Part shown: one piece after another, positions 1-15,776 of the stretch
Numbering within the stretch: position 1 is the first letter of the stretch
Layout: each line of letters opens with the position of its first letter
Source: the human T2T-CHM13v2.0 reference genome, Homo sapiens
NCBI RefSeq assembly: GCF_009914755.1
Contig: NC_060941.1
DNA: 64,000 nucleotides
Strand: one strand, 5' to 3'
Position numbers and translations under genes: made by a program
The notes under the pieces: generated by a model
What the model was told of the DNA's origin: nothing
What the model saw: only the letters and a program-made list of their open reading frames with translations
Database searches by the model: none

Positions 1-1518
<1,518 letters not shown>

Positions 1519-1649
1519 TCTTTATAGTTTTTAATGTCTCTAATATATCTTTAATAAATCTGTTGCATGCTAAAACTGTAGGCATTTTCTTCTTGGGGGG
1601 CCTCTTTCTCAAAAACCTCATTGATTATTGTAAATCAAGATTTTATGTG

Positions 1650-2060
1650 GGTTTCTCTCCTGAGCTCTTGTTCAGTGTTGTCAATTGCATTACAAACATA
1701 TTCGACCTAGGTAGGTTACATCACCTAAACCCAACATGACTAACATTAAACTTTTTGTCTCTATCACCACTTCAGAATTACCTCCTTCTGAATGAGGTCA
1801 CTGAAAGTGATAAGACAGTCCCTGTAGTCATATAGACTCAATATTTTAGTTCACTTTTTAACTTCTCTGCCCAAGCTTCAGAATTACTGTGTCTCAAATA
1901 TTTGTCTGTTTCTTTTCCTTCCCGCTACATAGCCCTAAAATTGCATTTTAGCTCCTGGTTTCTGAACCACTCTAGTAGCTTTCGAACTTACTGTACTGTT
2001 TCTATACGTTCCTCTTTTGTAATACATATTTCTCATCATCCACACATTAATCTTAAATGT
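1650..2060 (+). mobile_element. L2 LINE fragment
   Basis: ctctcctgagctc...catcacctaaacccaacatgactaac resembles the L2 ORF2 3' region. Confidence 0.5.
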
Positions 2061-2085
2061 GTGTAAAAATATAAAGACATTTTTA

Positions 2086-2361
<276 letters not shown>

Positions 2362-2366
<5 letters not shown>

Positions 2367-5300
2367 CTCTCTCTCTCTCTCCATATATATATATATAAAA
2401 ATATATATATAAATATATGTAGATATATAAATATATATAGATATCTATAAATATATATAGATATATAAAAATATATATAGATGTATAAAAATATATATAG
2501 ATATATATAAATATAAATATATATAGATATATAGATATATATAAATATAAATATATATAGATATATAGATATATATAAATATAAATATATATAGATATAT
2601 AGATATATATAAATATATACAGATATATAGATATATATAAATACATATAGGTATATAGATATATAAATATATATAGATATATAGATATATATAAATATAT
2701 AGATATATATAAATATATAGATATATATAAATATATAGATATATATAAATATATAGATATATATAAATATATAAATAGATATAACTCTATATATATAAAA
2801 ATATATAAAACTCAGTCTCTCTCTATATAGAGAGATATCTATATCTATATCTATATATATAGATAGAGATATATATATCTATATCTATCTATATCTATAT
2901 ATCTATCTATATATATCTATATCTATATATATCTATATATCTATATATATATCTATATATATATCTATATATATATCTATATATATATCTATATATATAT
3001 CTATATATATATCTATATATATATCTATATATATATCTATATATATATCTGTATATATCTATATCTATATATATCTCTCTATATATCTCTCTATATATCT
3101 CTATATATATCTATATATATCTATATCTATATATATCTATATATATATATCTATATATATCTATATCTATATATATCTATATATATATATCTATATATAT
3201 CTATATATATATCTCTATATATATCTATATATATCTATATATATATATCTATATATATGTCTATATATATGTCTATATATATCTATATATATCTATATAT
3301 ATATCGATATATATCTATATATATATCTATATATATCTATCTATCTATATCTCTATATCTATATCTCTATCTATATCTCTATATCTATATCTCTATATCT
3401 ATATCTCTATCTATATCTCTATATCTATATCTCTATCTATATCTCTATCTCTATATCTCTATCTATATCTCTATCTCTATATCTCTATCTATATCTCTAT
3501 CTCTATATCTCTATCTATATCTCTATCTCTATATCTCTATCTATATCTCTATCTCTATATCTCTATCTATATCTCTATCTCTATATCTCTATCTATATCT
3601 CTATCTCTATATCTCTATCTATATCTCTATCTCTATATCTCTATCTATATCTCTATCTCTATATCTCTATCTATATCTCTATCTCTATATCTCTATCTAT
3701 ATCTCTATCTCTATATCTCTATCTATATCTCTATCTCTATATCTCTATCTATATCTCTATCTCTATATCTCTATCTATATCTCTATCTCTATATCTCTAT
3801 CTATATCTCTATCTCTATATCTCTATCTATATCTCTATCTCTATATCTCTATCTATATCTCTATCTCTATATCTCTATCTATATCTCTATCTCTATATCG
3901 CTATCTATATCTCTATATCTATATCTATCTCTATATCTCTATATCTATATCTATCTCTATATCTATATCTATCTCTATATCTCTATATCTATATCTATCT
4001 CTATATCTCTATATCTATATCTATCTCTATATCTCTATATCTATATCTATCTCTATATCTCTATATCTATATCTATATCTCTATATCTATATCTATATCT
4101 CTATCTCTATATCTATATCTATATCTCTATATCTATATCTATATCTATCTCTATATCTATATCTATATCTATATCTCTATATCTATATCTATATCTATAT
4201 CTCTATATCTATATCTATATCTATATCTCTATATCTATATCTATATCTATATCTATATCTCTATCTCTATATCTATATCTATATCTCTATCTCTATATCT
4301 ATATCTCTATCTCTATATCTCTATCTCTATCTCTATCTCTATATCTCTATCTCTATCTCTATCTCTATATCTCTATCTCTATCTCTATCTCTATATCTCT
4401 ATCTCTATCTCTATATCTATATCTATATATCTATATCTATATCTATATATCTATATCTATATCTATATCTATATATCTATATCTATATCTATATCTATAT
4501 ATCTATGTATATATCTATGTATATATCTATGTATATATCTATATACATATCTATGTATATATATCTATATACATATCTATATATATATATCTATATACAT
4601 ATCTATATATATATCTATATACATATCTATATATATATCTATATACATATCTATATATATATATCTATATACATATCTATATATATATATCTATATACAT
4701 ATCTATATATATATATCTATATACATATCTATATATATATCTATATACATATCTATATATATATATCTATATACATATCTATATATATATCTATATACAT
4801 ATCTATATATATCTATATACATATCTATATATATCTATATACATATCTATATATATCTATATACATATCTATATATATATATCTATATACATATCTATAT
4901 ATATATCTATATACATATCTATATATATATCTATATACATATCTATATATATAATCTATCTATATATATATCTATATATATATCTATATATATATCTATA
5001 TCTATATCTATATCTATATATATATCTATATATATATCTATATATATATCTATATATATCTATATATATATATCTATATATATATATCTATATATATATC
5101 TATATATATATATCTATATATATATCTATATATATAATCTATATATATATCTATATATATAATCTATATATATATCTATATATATATCTATATATATATC
5201 TATATATATATCTATATATATATCTATATATATATCTATATATATATCTATATATATATATCTATATATATATCTATATATCTATATATATATCTATATA

Positions 5301-5466
5301 TATATCTATATATATAGATCTATATATATCTATATATAGATCTATATATATATCTATATATATATCTATATATATATCTATATATATATATATCTATATA
5401 TATATCTATATATATATATATCTATATATATATCTATATATATATATAGAGAGAGAGAGAGAGATA
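2362..5466. repeat. ~3.1 kb compound (CT)/(TA)/(TAGA)/(TATC) low-complexity tandem array derived from an Alu tail
   Basis: Directly visible. Sub-blocks: TAGA/TAAA 2383-2810; TATC 2835-5440, including a 26-bp unit atctctatctatatctctatctctat at ~3440-3895 and a TATAC-containing block at ~4500-4950; (GA)n at 5449-5464. Confidence 0.98.
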
Positions 5467-5472
5467 TTTTTG

Positions 5473-5637
5473 GGGGACTACAAGAAGGGGGAGGGAGAGA
5501 GGAGGACAAGGGTAGAGAAACTACCTATTGGGTATTATGCTCACTATCTGGGTGATGGGTTTAATTATACCCCAAATGTCAGCATCATACAATATATCCA
5601 TATAAAAAAAACCCTGCACATGTACCCTCTGAATCTA
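5473..5637 (+). repeat. Local duplicate of an L1 3'-UTR segment (copy of 7698-7859)
   Basis: Manual alignment with 7698-7859 gives 6 substitutions plus a 3-bp indel. Confidence 0.9.
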
Positions 5638-7406
5638 TATATATACACAGAGAGAGATTTTTAGAGTTATACAATAATTTATTATCTACACAGCACATGT
5701 AAGGTAGATAGAAAATGCATTACTAGTTCCACCTTTATCAAATGTAAAGCTGGAGGTTTAGATTTCTCTTACCTTACTAAGAAAACTAAACATCAAACCC
5801 AAGTTGAGTTTATTAACCTTCATGATGCAGAATCCCAATTTTCTATATGAAACTATGAGTTCTCTTATGGCAGGAGTTATGATTTCTGCTATTTTCTCAA
5901 ATACTCTCAAACTCGGTGTGTCGCTGTAGAAGGTGCCCACAAATGCTGAGCCAATTTTTAATACTTTGAGAAATATAGGACTGACGTATTTTTGATTTAG
6001 GAAGCATGTTAGGTGTTTCTGTTATATTATCTCACTGGGAAGTGTACCACATTGTGAACAAATTGTTATTTTGCCTATTACTCATGAAAAATATGTGTTC
6101 CGTCAGAAAGTTAACAGAGAACTAACCTGAAAGAAACTTCAGCACCAGCAATTTTAATAAGATAAATAAAAAATAGAGATTCAATCTTATCTACTCCTAC
6201 TGTGTCATTCTGAAAAGAGATGAAAGAAAAAATAATGAAAACACATTTTCTTAGTGAATTTACCCTCCCTCCAGCCCCAACACATATTTAATTGGTTCCA
6301 TGATTTATGTAGTGTGTTTTACACTCTTTTTTCCACCCACTCACAATATTACAAATATTAATCATTTTTCCTTGGTCAATTATAGGAATTAAGGCTTGGT
6401 GTTGTGTTTGTTCATAGGTAATATGACATCAGATAAAACCATGCTCTACTTTTTGTTCTCCCCACCCCCAACCCCAGCTGTTCATATACCATTTTCTGCT
6501 TTCTAAGAGAAAGAATAAAATTACCTTGGTAAAGAGCTATGTTCAACAAACAAACAAAAAGAAAAGAAAAAAAAACCTATTTTGGAAAATACCTAAGAAT
6601 GCGAGAAGCTCCCAGAGATTGAAAATGTTTTTCACACATGGACAGATTATCAGAGGATAATCTTACATATTGAAGTTGCTGAAATAAAGAAGGCAGTAGC
6701 TGAGAACCTACCAACATAAGCTAAGGAGCCCATTGTTTCTGCTATTGACAGCACTACCTGTGTGTCATGTTGCAGTCTCGAGGTCAAAGATACTGAAGGA
6801 AACTGAGCTTCTCTGAATTCAAACACTTCCTCCACTCTTGTTTTAAATGTGATCCAGAAGGATGGCTCTGGAGTAGGGTTACTCGATGGAAACTCCTAAA
6901 CTAACTCAAGAAGGAGGACAAATTACATAAAATTAATAGATCAACGAAACTGCACAGAAAGCAGGAGTGTGCTATTCAGAGGAACTGCCTATGTTCTTTC
7001 TTCCTCGATTAATGAAAATATTTCTATGATTTTCCTCAGTTTCTCAGCTGGTATGTAAATTGTATATTTTTCTTCAGTAGGATCAGAACCACCGGGGAAT
7101 TTGGAATCATCCCAGAAATAAGTACGCAAACCAACCTCTTACATGTTAGCAGGCCAGTGGTCTTCAGGGAATCATCTATCTAATGCCCTGTTTCAGTCAG
7201 AACAAGGCAGATTATTCTTCAATCATCAAGAACAGCTCCAACACTCAGTGGATGAAAATATATTTTTTACTCATCCTACATATTGCATAAGAAAATGACT
7301 GTCAGGAGGATTTACACATTACAGTCAAACAGAAATGTAGGTTAAAGAATGCTCCATCTCAACTTGTGCTTCTAAGATTACCCAGACAGGGGGAGGAACT
7401 ACGGAA

Positions 7407-7888
7407 CATGTTTGCTCATGGCAGCACTATTCCCAATAGCAAAGACATGAAAACAGCCTAGGTGTCCATCAATGGCAGATTGCATAATGAAAATGTGGTA
7501 CCTATACACCATGGAATACTACACAGCCATAAAAAAGAACAAAACCATGTCCTTTCCAGCAACATGGATGCCGCTGGATGCCATGATCCTAAGTGAATTA
7601 ATACAGAAACAGAAAACCAAATACTGAATATTCTTACTTATAAGTGGGGGCTAAGCCCTGGGTACACATGGACATAAAGTTAGGAACAGTAGACATTGGG
7701 GACTACAAGAAGGGGGAGGGAGAGAGGAGGACAAGGGTAGAAAAGCTACCTATTGGGTATTATGCTCACTATTTGGGTGATGGGTTTAATTATACCCCAA
7801 ACGTCAGCATCATACAATATATCCATTTAAAAATCCTGCACATGTACCCTCTGAATCTAAAATAAAAGTTGAAATTTAAAAAAAAAAG
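7407..7888 (+). mobile_element. L1 3' end (L1PA15/16- or L1PB-like), 5' truncated
   Basis: gcagcactattcccaatagcaaagacatg...ctacctattgggtattatgctcact...ctgaatctaaaataaaagttgaaattt followed by poly-A. Confidence 0.85.
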
Positions 7889-9087
7889 AATTCAGCAGAA
7901 GTGTAACATAACATTCACTCCCATTTCATGGCCTAAATTCAAGAGGGGCAAGGCTGTGCAATCCGATCAAATGCTGAGAAAGAAAAAAAAAAGCTGTAAT
8001 AAATGTGAGCAGATTTAATGGCCTCATTCCACTTCATGAAAATTGTCTAAATCATGTCCTTCACTATTGTCCTCATCCCAAAATATAAATAATTACTGTA
8101 CATGGAAATCGTTTTAGACTGAACAGACAGAAAAGAAGATGGGTACAAATATCACATACCACAGAAGTATCTCCTAAAGCAATTCAAGAAATAGAAGCCT
8201 GGATGATATCCAATTATACTGTATTTAGTCTTTTGCTTGGACTTTTCTTCTTCCTTCCTTTTCAATCAATCAACAAACCTCTTCCTGGTCTATGCTCGTG
8301 ATGTTTTTTTTCTCATATTTTTAAAATATTTCACTTTCAGCCTCCTGATGTTACACTGTGCATTCTTTGGAACAACATCTTATATTCAGTAAATTCCCCT
8401 GTGATATTTTCAAAGCTTTAAAGGCCTTAATGACATTAATTCATTAACTTTTTATACTCAAAACCATTCCTGAACTCATCAGTTTTGAGCCCTGAGTATG
8501 TTAGGGCAAAGAAAATAAGGACTTAATTTCTGCCTTTGTAGAATTACAACTTCCCCAGAGAAATAATTCATAAACAATGAACAAACACAAGAAAAAAAAA
8601 TAATGAGAAAAGTCCAACATAATATTGTTTCAAGTTCCTGTCACTAATATTAACTACTGGCATATCTTAAACCCCTACTGATGGATCATATATGAACAGA
8701 AACAGTGCTTTAAGAATGACAAGTTGAAATTTTCTGAAACTCGTTGCCTACAATCAGCTAACAAAGACTGTAAAAGAGTTTACTTAACGTCAGAAAACAC
8801 AGAATGCAGCAAAGCCTATAGAGATAGGAAAATAATCACTATGTTCACAGGCAGAGAAATTATGGCTCTTTCAATATCTAGATGGCAACAAAAATGTGTT
8901 GAGCTTTTGATATTTACCTAATTATTTCAGATAATTATTGAAACTGTGTAATCAAGCTAAACACACTTATCAGAATTGCCCTGGCCTGTCCTTTTGTGTA
9001 CATACTGAAACCCTTGGGCTTTCTTTTCTACTCTTTATATACCTACAAGGTGTTACCTTCAGTTTCTTAATTGAATCATGGTTCAAA

Positions 9088-9143
9088 GTGTGTGTGGGGG
9101 TGGTGTGTGTGTGGTGTGTGTGAATGTTCATGTGTGTGTGTGT
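9088..9143. repeat. Imperfect (TG)n microsatellite
   Basis: Directly visible. Confidence 0.8.
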
Positions 9144-11529
9144 AATTTTTTGAAATTCTTCTTCCACCCTCAGGAGTCCCCTGCAGTGAACTGGCTGCCT
9201 TGCCTTTTATTATTCCTTTACTAAATGCTCAGAGGACCATATGGATTTGGCTGCTTCCATACAAACATGGAAAAAATACTTCCGTGCAAAAAATATTTCT
9301 TTTTATTCTGATGTGGGCATGAGAGGACAGCCAGGTAGTTGAGAGAATTGTCTAATATATCCTCCTGGCATTTGTCAGCGGATACAAAAACCCTGATAAC
9401 TTATGTTAGCTTATCACATAGTCACCATTGCATCTACATTTGAGAAATCAGTTCAATTCTTCAGAGCGTGCTTGCATGGAAAGAGAAGTCAGAAATTATG
9501 AGGCTCAGACTGAAGAATTAGAAACAGAGGTAGACAGAAAATATAGACTGTATAAGGCCACTCAGCAAAGCCCTCTGGTTTTAAGGGTCACTCCATTACC
9601 CTGATTATTTACTAAGTATATAACAGAGACCATTGAATTATAGTAGATTAGAGGTTTATGGTTTCTATAGTTTAGTGTGCCACTACCATCTCTTAGAATA
9701 GTGAATAAAATTGGCACTACATTGCAAGGAAACTTGAATCGACATGCTTTCATTGAGATTCAAAGTGAAATCCAGAATATATTATATTAGTGGATGTATC
9801 TTTTTGTTCTTTTAAAATTGGTGAGATCCCTTTTCTTTAGAAGTAAGAAAAAATGTATTGTTACTTCTTAGACACGTTTCTGTTCTTTTTCTTTCTAGGT
9901 TATTCTGTTCCATTCTAAATAGGTAACATTTCCATGACCATTATTCTCAAAAGTACATTTAATAATGTTCAAAATGTTTATGGCAGCATAGATAAGCATG
10001 AGGTAACAAGCCAGGTGGCAAGAAACATTGCCCTCTCGTTGTTTATAACCTAAGTGTAGTCTGACACCAAGTCCCACGTACAAAAAAGACTGGGAAGAGT
10101 AAAGTCTAGTGCTTACATTGTGCTGGAAGTCTCTTGAGATTATCAACTTTACCTATTTGTTCCCATGCAGACATAACCATCCCTGGAGACTGCCTTTTCA
10201 CCTAACTTTCAAAATGCTTTAATTATTAAAGACATGGCAGCTTGCACACAGGTCATTTCCTCATCATCTTCTGGAACTTTAAAAATCTCTCTTCTAAAAA
10301 TAGAAGCAGAGGTGAAGAGAAAAGGTTTAGTGTTTCTATGACTTATCCATAATTGAATTCTCTTTTATAAAAAATAAATAGGACAACAAAAAGTAAGTCT
10401 TTACTACTACTTTCTTCATATACTTATTTGTTCACACATGATCTAAGAAGCCTTTTATAATCATTGTACCGACACTGGCTTTTTGACGACAGAAGATCAA
10501 AGCTTCCCCAGTTTGGGAGCAACTTTTCTGCATAAATAAGTGCAGCATCAGTGTATTTTGAGGCTATGTAAAGAACCTTAAGTTAACCAGTAAAACTGAG
10601 TTATTTTTAAGGAAGCTGATGTCAAGGACTGGACCCAGAGACTCAGGATATTACAATAGACACCCCGGCTCCCCAGCAAAAACCCTGCAAGAGACTTTGT
10701 GATATTTATGTTTAAAGACTGCACCAGCAGGACAACCTTTATGAGGCTTTTGCAAGTGAAGTACACCAATCATGAGTAGAAGGCTCAGCTCAGTCTAACA
10801 ACGTCTTATCTTTCTCTTCGTCATTTATAGGATCCCTGTTGGCCTCTGAGTATTGTCTGTGGACTGGAAATGTATGACATAAATCTTTGCTAGTCTTTTT
10901 AAAAGAGACTTTGATTGTCTCAAGGGAGAGTATCATTGGGTCAGTTCCATCCAGGAACCTCAAGTCATTATAGCATAAAGAATATAGGTCATATTTATCG
11001 TCAGAGTCTGGATAAACCTTTTCTAAGTATGATATGAGTCTTCTTCACTGAGATACAAACATTTCTTTCCTAATCACTAATTTTATGTTTAGTTTTGTTC
11101 TTAGAGGAAAGTAATATTTAGTGGGATGGAAGGTAATATCTTTGTGGCTCTTTCTTTTCTCTTCCTTTTCATTGTCACACATGTCTTCCATTGTCCCCTG
11201 TCTCTGCAGCATGTTCATAAAATTTATATCAGATCATCTTACAATGTTACTTTCTAGGCTTTTTAGTATGTATTATTTTTCCCACAAAAGAGTGTATTTC
11301 CTGAATATCTGATTCCTGTTTATAATCTACTCATCTATTGTTTTCCAAAATGCCTGCCAACAATAAATGCATCATAAATGGTTGTTGGCTAAATGTATGA
11401 ATAAATACAGTTGCTTTTTTAAAATATGTCATTCACATCTTTCTTTAAAAAAATCAGGAGACCTTAAACCTCCCCCTTTAACTCTCTATTGTTTCCTGAA
11501 CTGAATGCTGTCTTTCACATCCTATCCCT

Positions 11530-12010
11530 AACACTGTCTACAATCATTTCCCTATAATTCCATGATGTCCCTGTGTTCCTGCTAACCTGAACTTCTTTTT
11601 ATTCCTCAAAGAAAATGTAATCTTCTATAACTTTGAAAGTTCTTCCTGTCTTTTCCATTTGTGAATGTAAATTTAACCTTCAAAATACAGATCAAATGTT
11701 ACCTTCTTGTGAATACTTATTTGGTTCTCCAGAGTGACTCTTCGTGAGTACTTAAGTGACGCTTTGTAACTATCTCCACTGTATCAATCACACTGGAAAT
11801 GCAATAGTGGGATTATTTACTTATTTGGCATCCCACAAAAAACACACAAACACCACACATACCGCATACAAACCTGAGCATAGATATTATATCTTATTTC
11901 TTGTATCTAACTAAGCACCCAACATAGTACTTGAAAGATAATTAGGTATTAAATGTGTATTTGTTAAATGAAAGAATAATTAAAATGATGAACGAGTGAA
12001 TGAATAGAAT
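11530..12010 (+). mobile_element. L2 3' end
   Basis: cagatcaaatgttaccttc...cacccaacatagtacttg...atttgttaaatgaaagaat...gaatgaat tail. Confidence 0.6.
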
Positions 12011-12049
12011 AGGAATTTAGGGGCTGGCAAAAAATTGACCTGTTTTAAC

Positions 12050-12200
12050 CACTTCTAGCTTTTGATCTTCAGAAAGTGTCTTCCCTTTCTGGAGCTTCCA
12101 TTTTTTCATCTCTAAAATAGGATAGTACGTCCATAATAGAGCTGTGATAAAGGGTATAAAAGATAATTCATGGAAATACTTGGCAGTGTCTGGACGAAGA
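12050..12200 (+). mobile_element. MIR SINE
   Basis: Core-like ttttttcatctctaaaataggatagtac...gataattcatggaaatacttggcagtg. Confidence 0.55.
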
Positions 12201-12418
12201 GTAAGAAGTAAAAGAAGAGGAAGAAGAAAGAGGAGGAGATATAGGAGAAAAAGAACAAGGAGAAGGAGGAAAAGGAGATGCACTAATGATAAACGCATTT
12301 AACCAAAAGTGAATGGAGAAGCAAGAATAATGTAGCCAAAAACCCAACTAATTAAAGGGTAATTCTTGTCTGGAGCTCCCATTAGATTGTAAAGGAAAAA
12401 AAGAAGAAATAGTGATGA

Positions 12419-15006
12419 TGATATGGTTTGGCTGTGTCCCCACCCAAATCTCATCTTGAATTGTACTTCCATAATTCCCACATATTGTGGGAGGGACCCG
12501 GTAGGAGATAATTTGAATCCCGGCAGGAGTTTCTCCCATACTGTTCTCCCTTGGTAGCAAATAAATCTCATGAGATCTGATGGTTTTATCAGAGGTTTCC
12601 ACTTTTGCATCTCTCTCATTCTCTCTTTGCCTGCTGCCATCTATGTAAGATGGGACTTGCTCCTTCTTATTTTCTGCCATGATTGTGAGGCTTCCCCAGC
12701 CATGTGGAACTGTAAGTCCAATTAAACCTCTTTTGTAAATTGCCTGGTCTCAGGTATGTTTTTATTAGTAGTGTGAAAACAGACTAATACAGTAAATTGG
12801 TACCAGGAGTGGGATGTTACTGAAAAGATACCCAAAGATGTGGAAGTGACTTTGGAACTGGGTAACAGGCAGAGGTTGGAACAGTTTGGAGGGCTCAGAC
12901 AAAGACAGGAAAATGTTGGAAAGTTTGGAATTTCCTAGAGACTTGTTGAATGGCTTTAACCAAAGCCTAAGGAGATATGGACAATAAGGTCCAGGCTGAG
13001 GTGGTCTCAAATGGAGATGAGGAACTTGTTGGGAATTGACGTAAAGGTGACTCTTGTTATGTTTTAGCAGAGACTGGCAGCATTTTGCCCCTGCTCTAGA
13101 GATTTGTGGAACTTTGAACTTGAGAGAGATGATTTAGGGTACCTGGTAGAAGAAATTTCTAAGCAGCAAGGCAGTCAAGAGGTAACTTGGGTGCTGTTAA
13201 AAGCAATCAATTTTAAAAGAGAAACAATATAAAAGTTTGGAAAATTTGCAGCCTGACAATGTGATAGAAAAGAAAAACTCATTTTCTGAGGAGAAATTCA
13301 AGCCAGCTGCAGAAATCTGCATAAGTAACGAGGGGCCAAATGTTAATCCCCAAGACAATGGGGAAAATGTCTCCAGGGCATGTCAAAGGGCTTCACGGCT
13401 CCCATCACAGGCCCAGAGGCCTAGGAGTAAATGGTTTCGTGAGTGGGCCCACGGTCCCCATGCTATGTGTAGCCTAGGGATTTGGTGCCCCACATCCTAG
13501 CTGCTCCAGCTGTGGCTGGAAAAGGCCAGTGTACAACTCGGACTGTAGCTTCAGAGGGTGCAAGCCCCAAACCTTGACAGCTTCCACATGGTGTTGAGCC
13601 TGTGAGTGCACAGAAGTCAAGAATTGGGGTTTGGCACCGCATATTCTCACTTATAGGTGGGAATTGAACAATGAGAAGACATGGACACAGGAAGGGGAAC
13701 ATCACACTCTGGGGACTGTTGCGGGGTTGGGGGAGGGGGGAGGGATAGCATTGGGAGATATACCTAATGCTAGATGACGAGTTAGTGGGTGCAGTGCACC
13801 AGCATGGCACACGTATACATATGTAACTAACCTGCACATTGTGCACATGTACCCTAAAACTTAAAGTATAATAATAATTTTAAAAAAAAGAAAATATGTG
13901 AAAAAAAAAAAAAGAATTGGGGTTTGGGAACCTCTTCCTAGACTTCAGAAGATGTATGGAAACATCTGGATGCCCAGACAGAAGTTTGCTGCAGGGGCAG
14001 GGTGCTCATGGAGAACCTGTGCTAGGGCAGTGCAGAAGGGAAATGTGGGTTGGAGTCCCCACACAGACTCCCTACTGGGACACTGCCTAGTGGAGCTGAG
14101 AAGAGGGCCACCGTCCTCCAGACCCCAAAATGGTAGATCCACTGGCAGCTTGCATTGTTTGCCTGGAAAAGCCACAGACACTCAATGCCAGCCCATGAAA
14201 GCAGCTGAAAGGGAGGCTGTACCCTGCAAAGCCACAAGAACAGAGCTGCCCAAGACCATGGAAACCCGCCTTTTCCATCAGCATGACCTGGATGTGAGAC
14301 CTGGAGTCAAAGGAGATCATTTTGGAGTTTTAAAATTTGACTTCCCCGCTGGATTTTGGACTTGCATGGGCCCTGTAACCCCTTTGTTTTGGACAATTTC
14401 TCCCATTTGGAATGGCTGTATTTACTCAATGCCTGTACCCCCATTGTATCTAGGAGGTAACTAGCTTTCTTTTGATTTTACAGGCTCATAGGCAGAAGGA
14501 ACTTGCCTTGACTCAGATGAGACTTTGGACTGTGGACTTTTGGGTTAGTGCTGAAATGAGTTAAGACTTTAGGGGAATGTTGGGAAGGCATGATTGGTTT
14601 TGAAATGTGAGGACATAAGATTTTCGGGGGCCAGGGGTGAAACAATGCGATTTGGCTGTGTCCCTACCCAAATCTCATCTTGAATTCTACTCTCATAATT
14701 CCCACATGTTGTGGGAGGGACCTGTTGGGAGATAATTTGAATCATGGGGGCTGCTTCCCCCATACCGTTCTCGTGGTAGTGAATAAGTCTCATGAGATCT
14801 GATGGCTTTATCAGGGGTTCCCACTTTTGCATCTCTCTCATTCTTTCTTTGCCTGCTGCCATCCATGTAAGACAGGATTGTCTCCTCCTTACCTTCCACC
14901 ATGATTGTGAGGCTTCCCCAGCCACGTGGAACTGTGAGTTCAATTAAACCTCTTTCTTTTGTATATTTCCCAGTCTCAGATATGTCTTTATCAGCAGGCT
15001 AATACA
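12419..15006 (+). mobile_element. Full-length THE1 (MaLR) provirus: 5' LTR 12419-12791, internal region, 3' LTR ~14643-15006
   Basis: Two homologous LTRs (tgatatggtttggctgtgtcccc...ctaataca) flank THE1-int sequence. Perfect 5-bp TSD GATGA at 12414-12418 and 15007-15011. Confidence 0.95.
13635..13911 (+). mobile_element. Young L1 3' fragment (L1PA2-like) nested in THE1-int
   Basis: ctagatgacgagttagtgggtgc (GAG at the ACA/ACG/GAG diagnostic site), poly-A, and a perfect 16-bp TSD aagaattggggtttgg (13619-13634, 13912-13927). Confidence 0.93.
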
Positions 15007-15776
15007 GATGACAAAAGAAGTTGTCATATATCTGCTAAGTTCAGTTACCCATTCTAAATCTTTTCAACTATTGCAGATATTCAAAAGAATGGACAGGAAT
15101 TTAAAAAGAAAAGTAGTTATAATATGAAGTGATAAATGTGTAAGAGTTTGTCTCCTTAAAAATGTTTTAATAAAAATAAAAACGTCATTTAAAAATATTA
15201 CTTTGATGGTGTTCTTCATTGGGCAGATGCCTACTGTGGGGACAAAGTATCAAAGCAATAGTCCCAAGACATTGTTAAGAATAGGAGGAGCTTAAAAAAG
15301 TTTGACAGGGAATTATATATTTTTTTTTAATTGCCATAGTACATTGTCACAATCATTAGAGGCATGTTTCAAAGGGGAATGAAGGAATGGGGCTTTCCAG
15401 AGAGTCAAATTTCATTAACCAAAACGATTTCTGCATCCATTGTTACAGCAACATCAAAGCCATTGAAAATGAATAAGGTCTCACGAAGAAATTTTTAAAT
15501 GGATTAATTAGGGGATTTTAGTGTAAGAGTAGGAGTGTGGTTCAGGGCTCATTCCCCAGGGAGGGGTGGAGAGGAAAGAGAGAAGAATTCTTCAAACTTT
15601 TGAACAGTCTTTATCTCCAAATAAGTGACATTTAGTCAACTGTGGGCTAGGAGTCTCCAGAAGCAGCCGGAGCTAACTTCTTACATCTCAAGTCACCCTT
15701 TGCTACTAACCAGGAAAGTCTGCGGCAGGGTAGAGAGGCGGATATCAGTTTAAATCCTTTACAAAAAGCCACTCCT

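Noticed and set aside
3257-4954. 565-aa ORF (and the 187-aa ORF at 2083-2646)
   Set aside because: It is a translation of the TATC/TA microsatellite (almost only Y/I/S/L) and is open simply because the repeat lacks stop codons in that frame.
12685-14930. PRDM9 hotspot motif and DUX4 site in the THE1 LTRs
   Set aside because: The LTRs read cttccccagcca(t/c), not the hot CCTCCCTNNCCAC. The DUX4-position word is TAATTTGAATCA, one base too long.
13237-14943. Several 70-190 aa ORFs, including 13898-14464
   Set aside because: They lie in THE1 internal/LTR or L1 sequence and are decayed MaLR remnants, not host genes.
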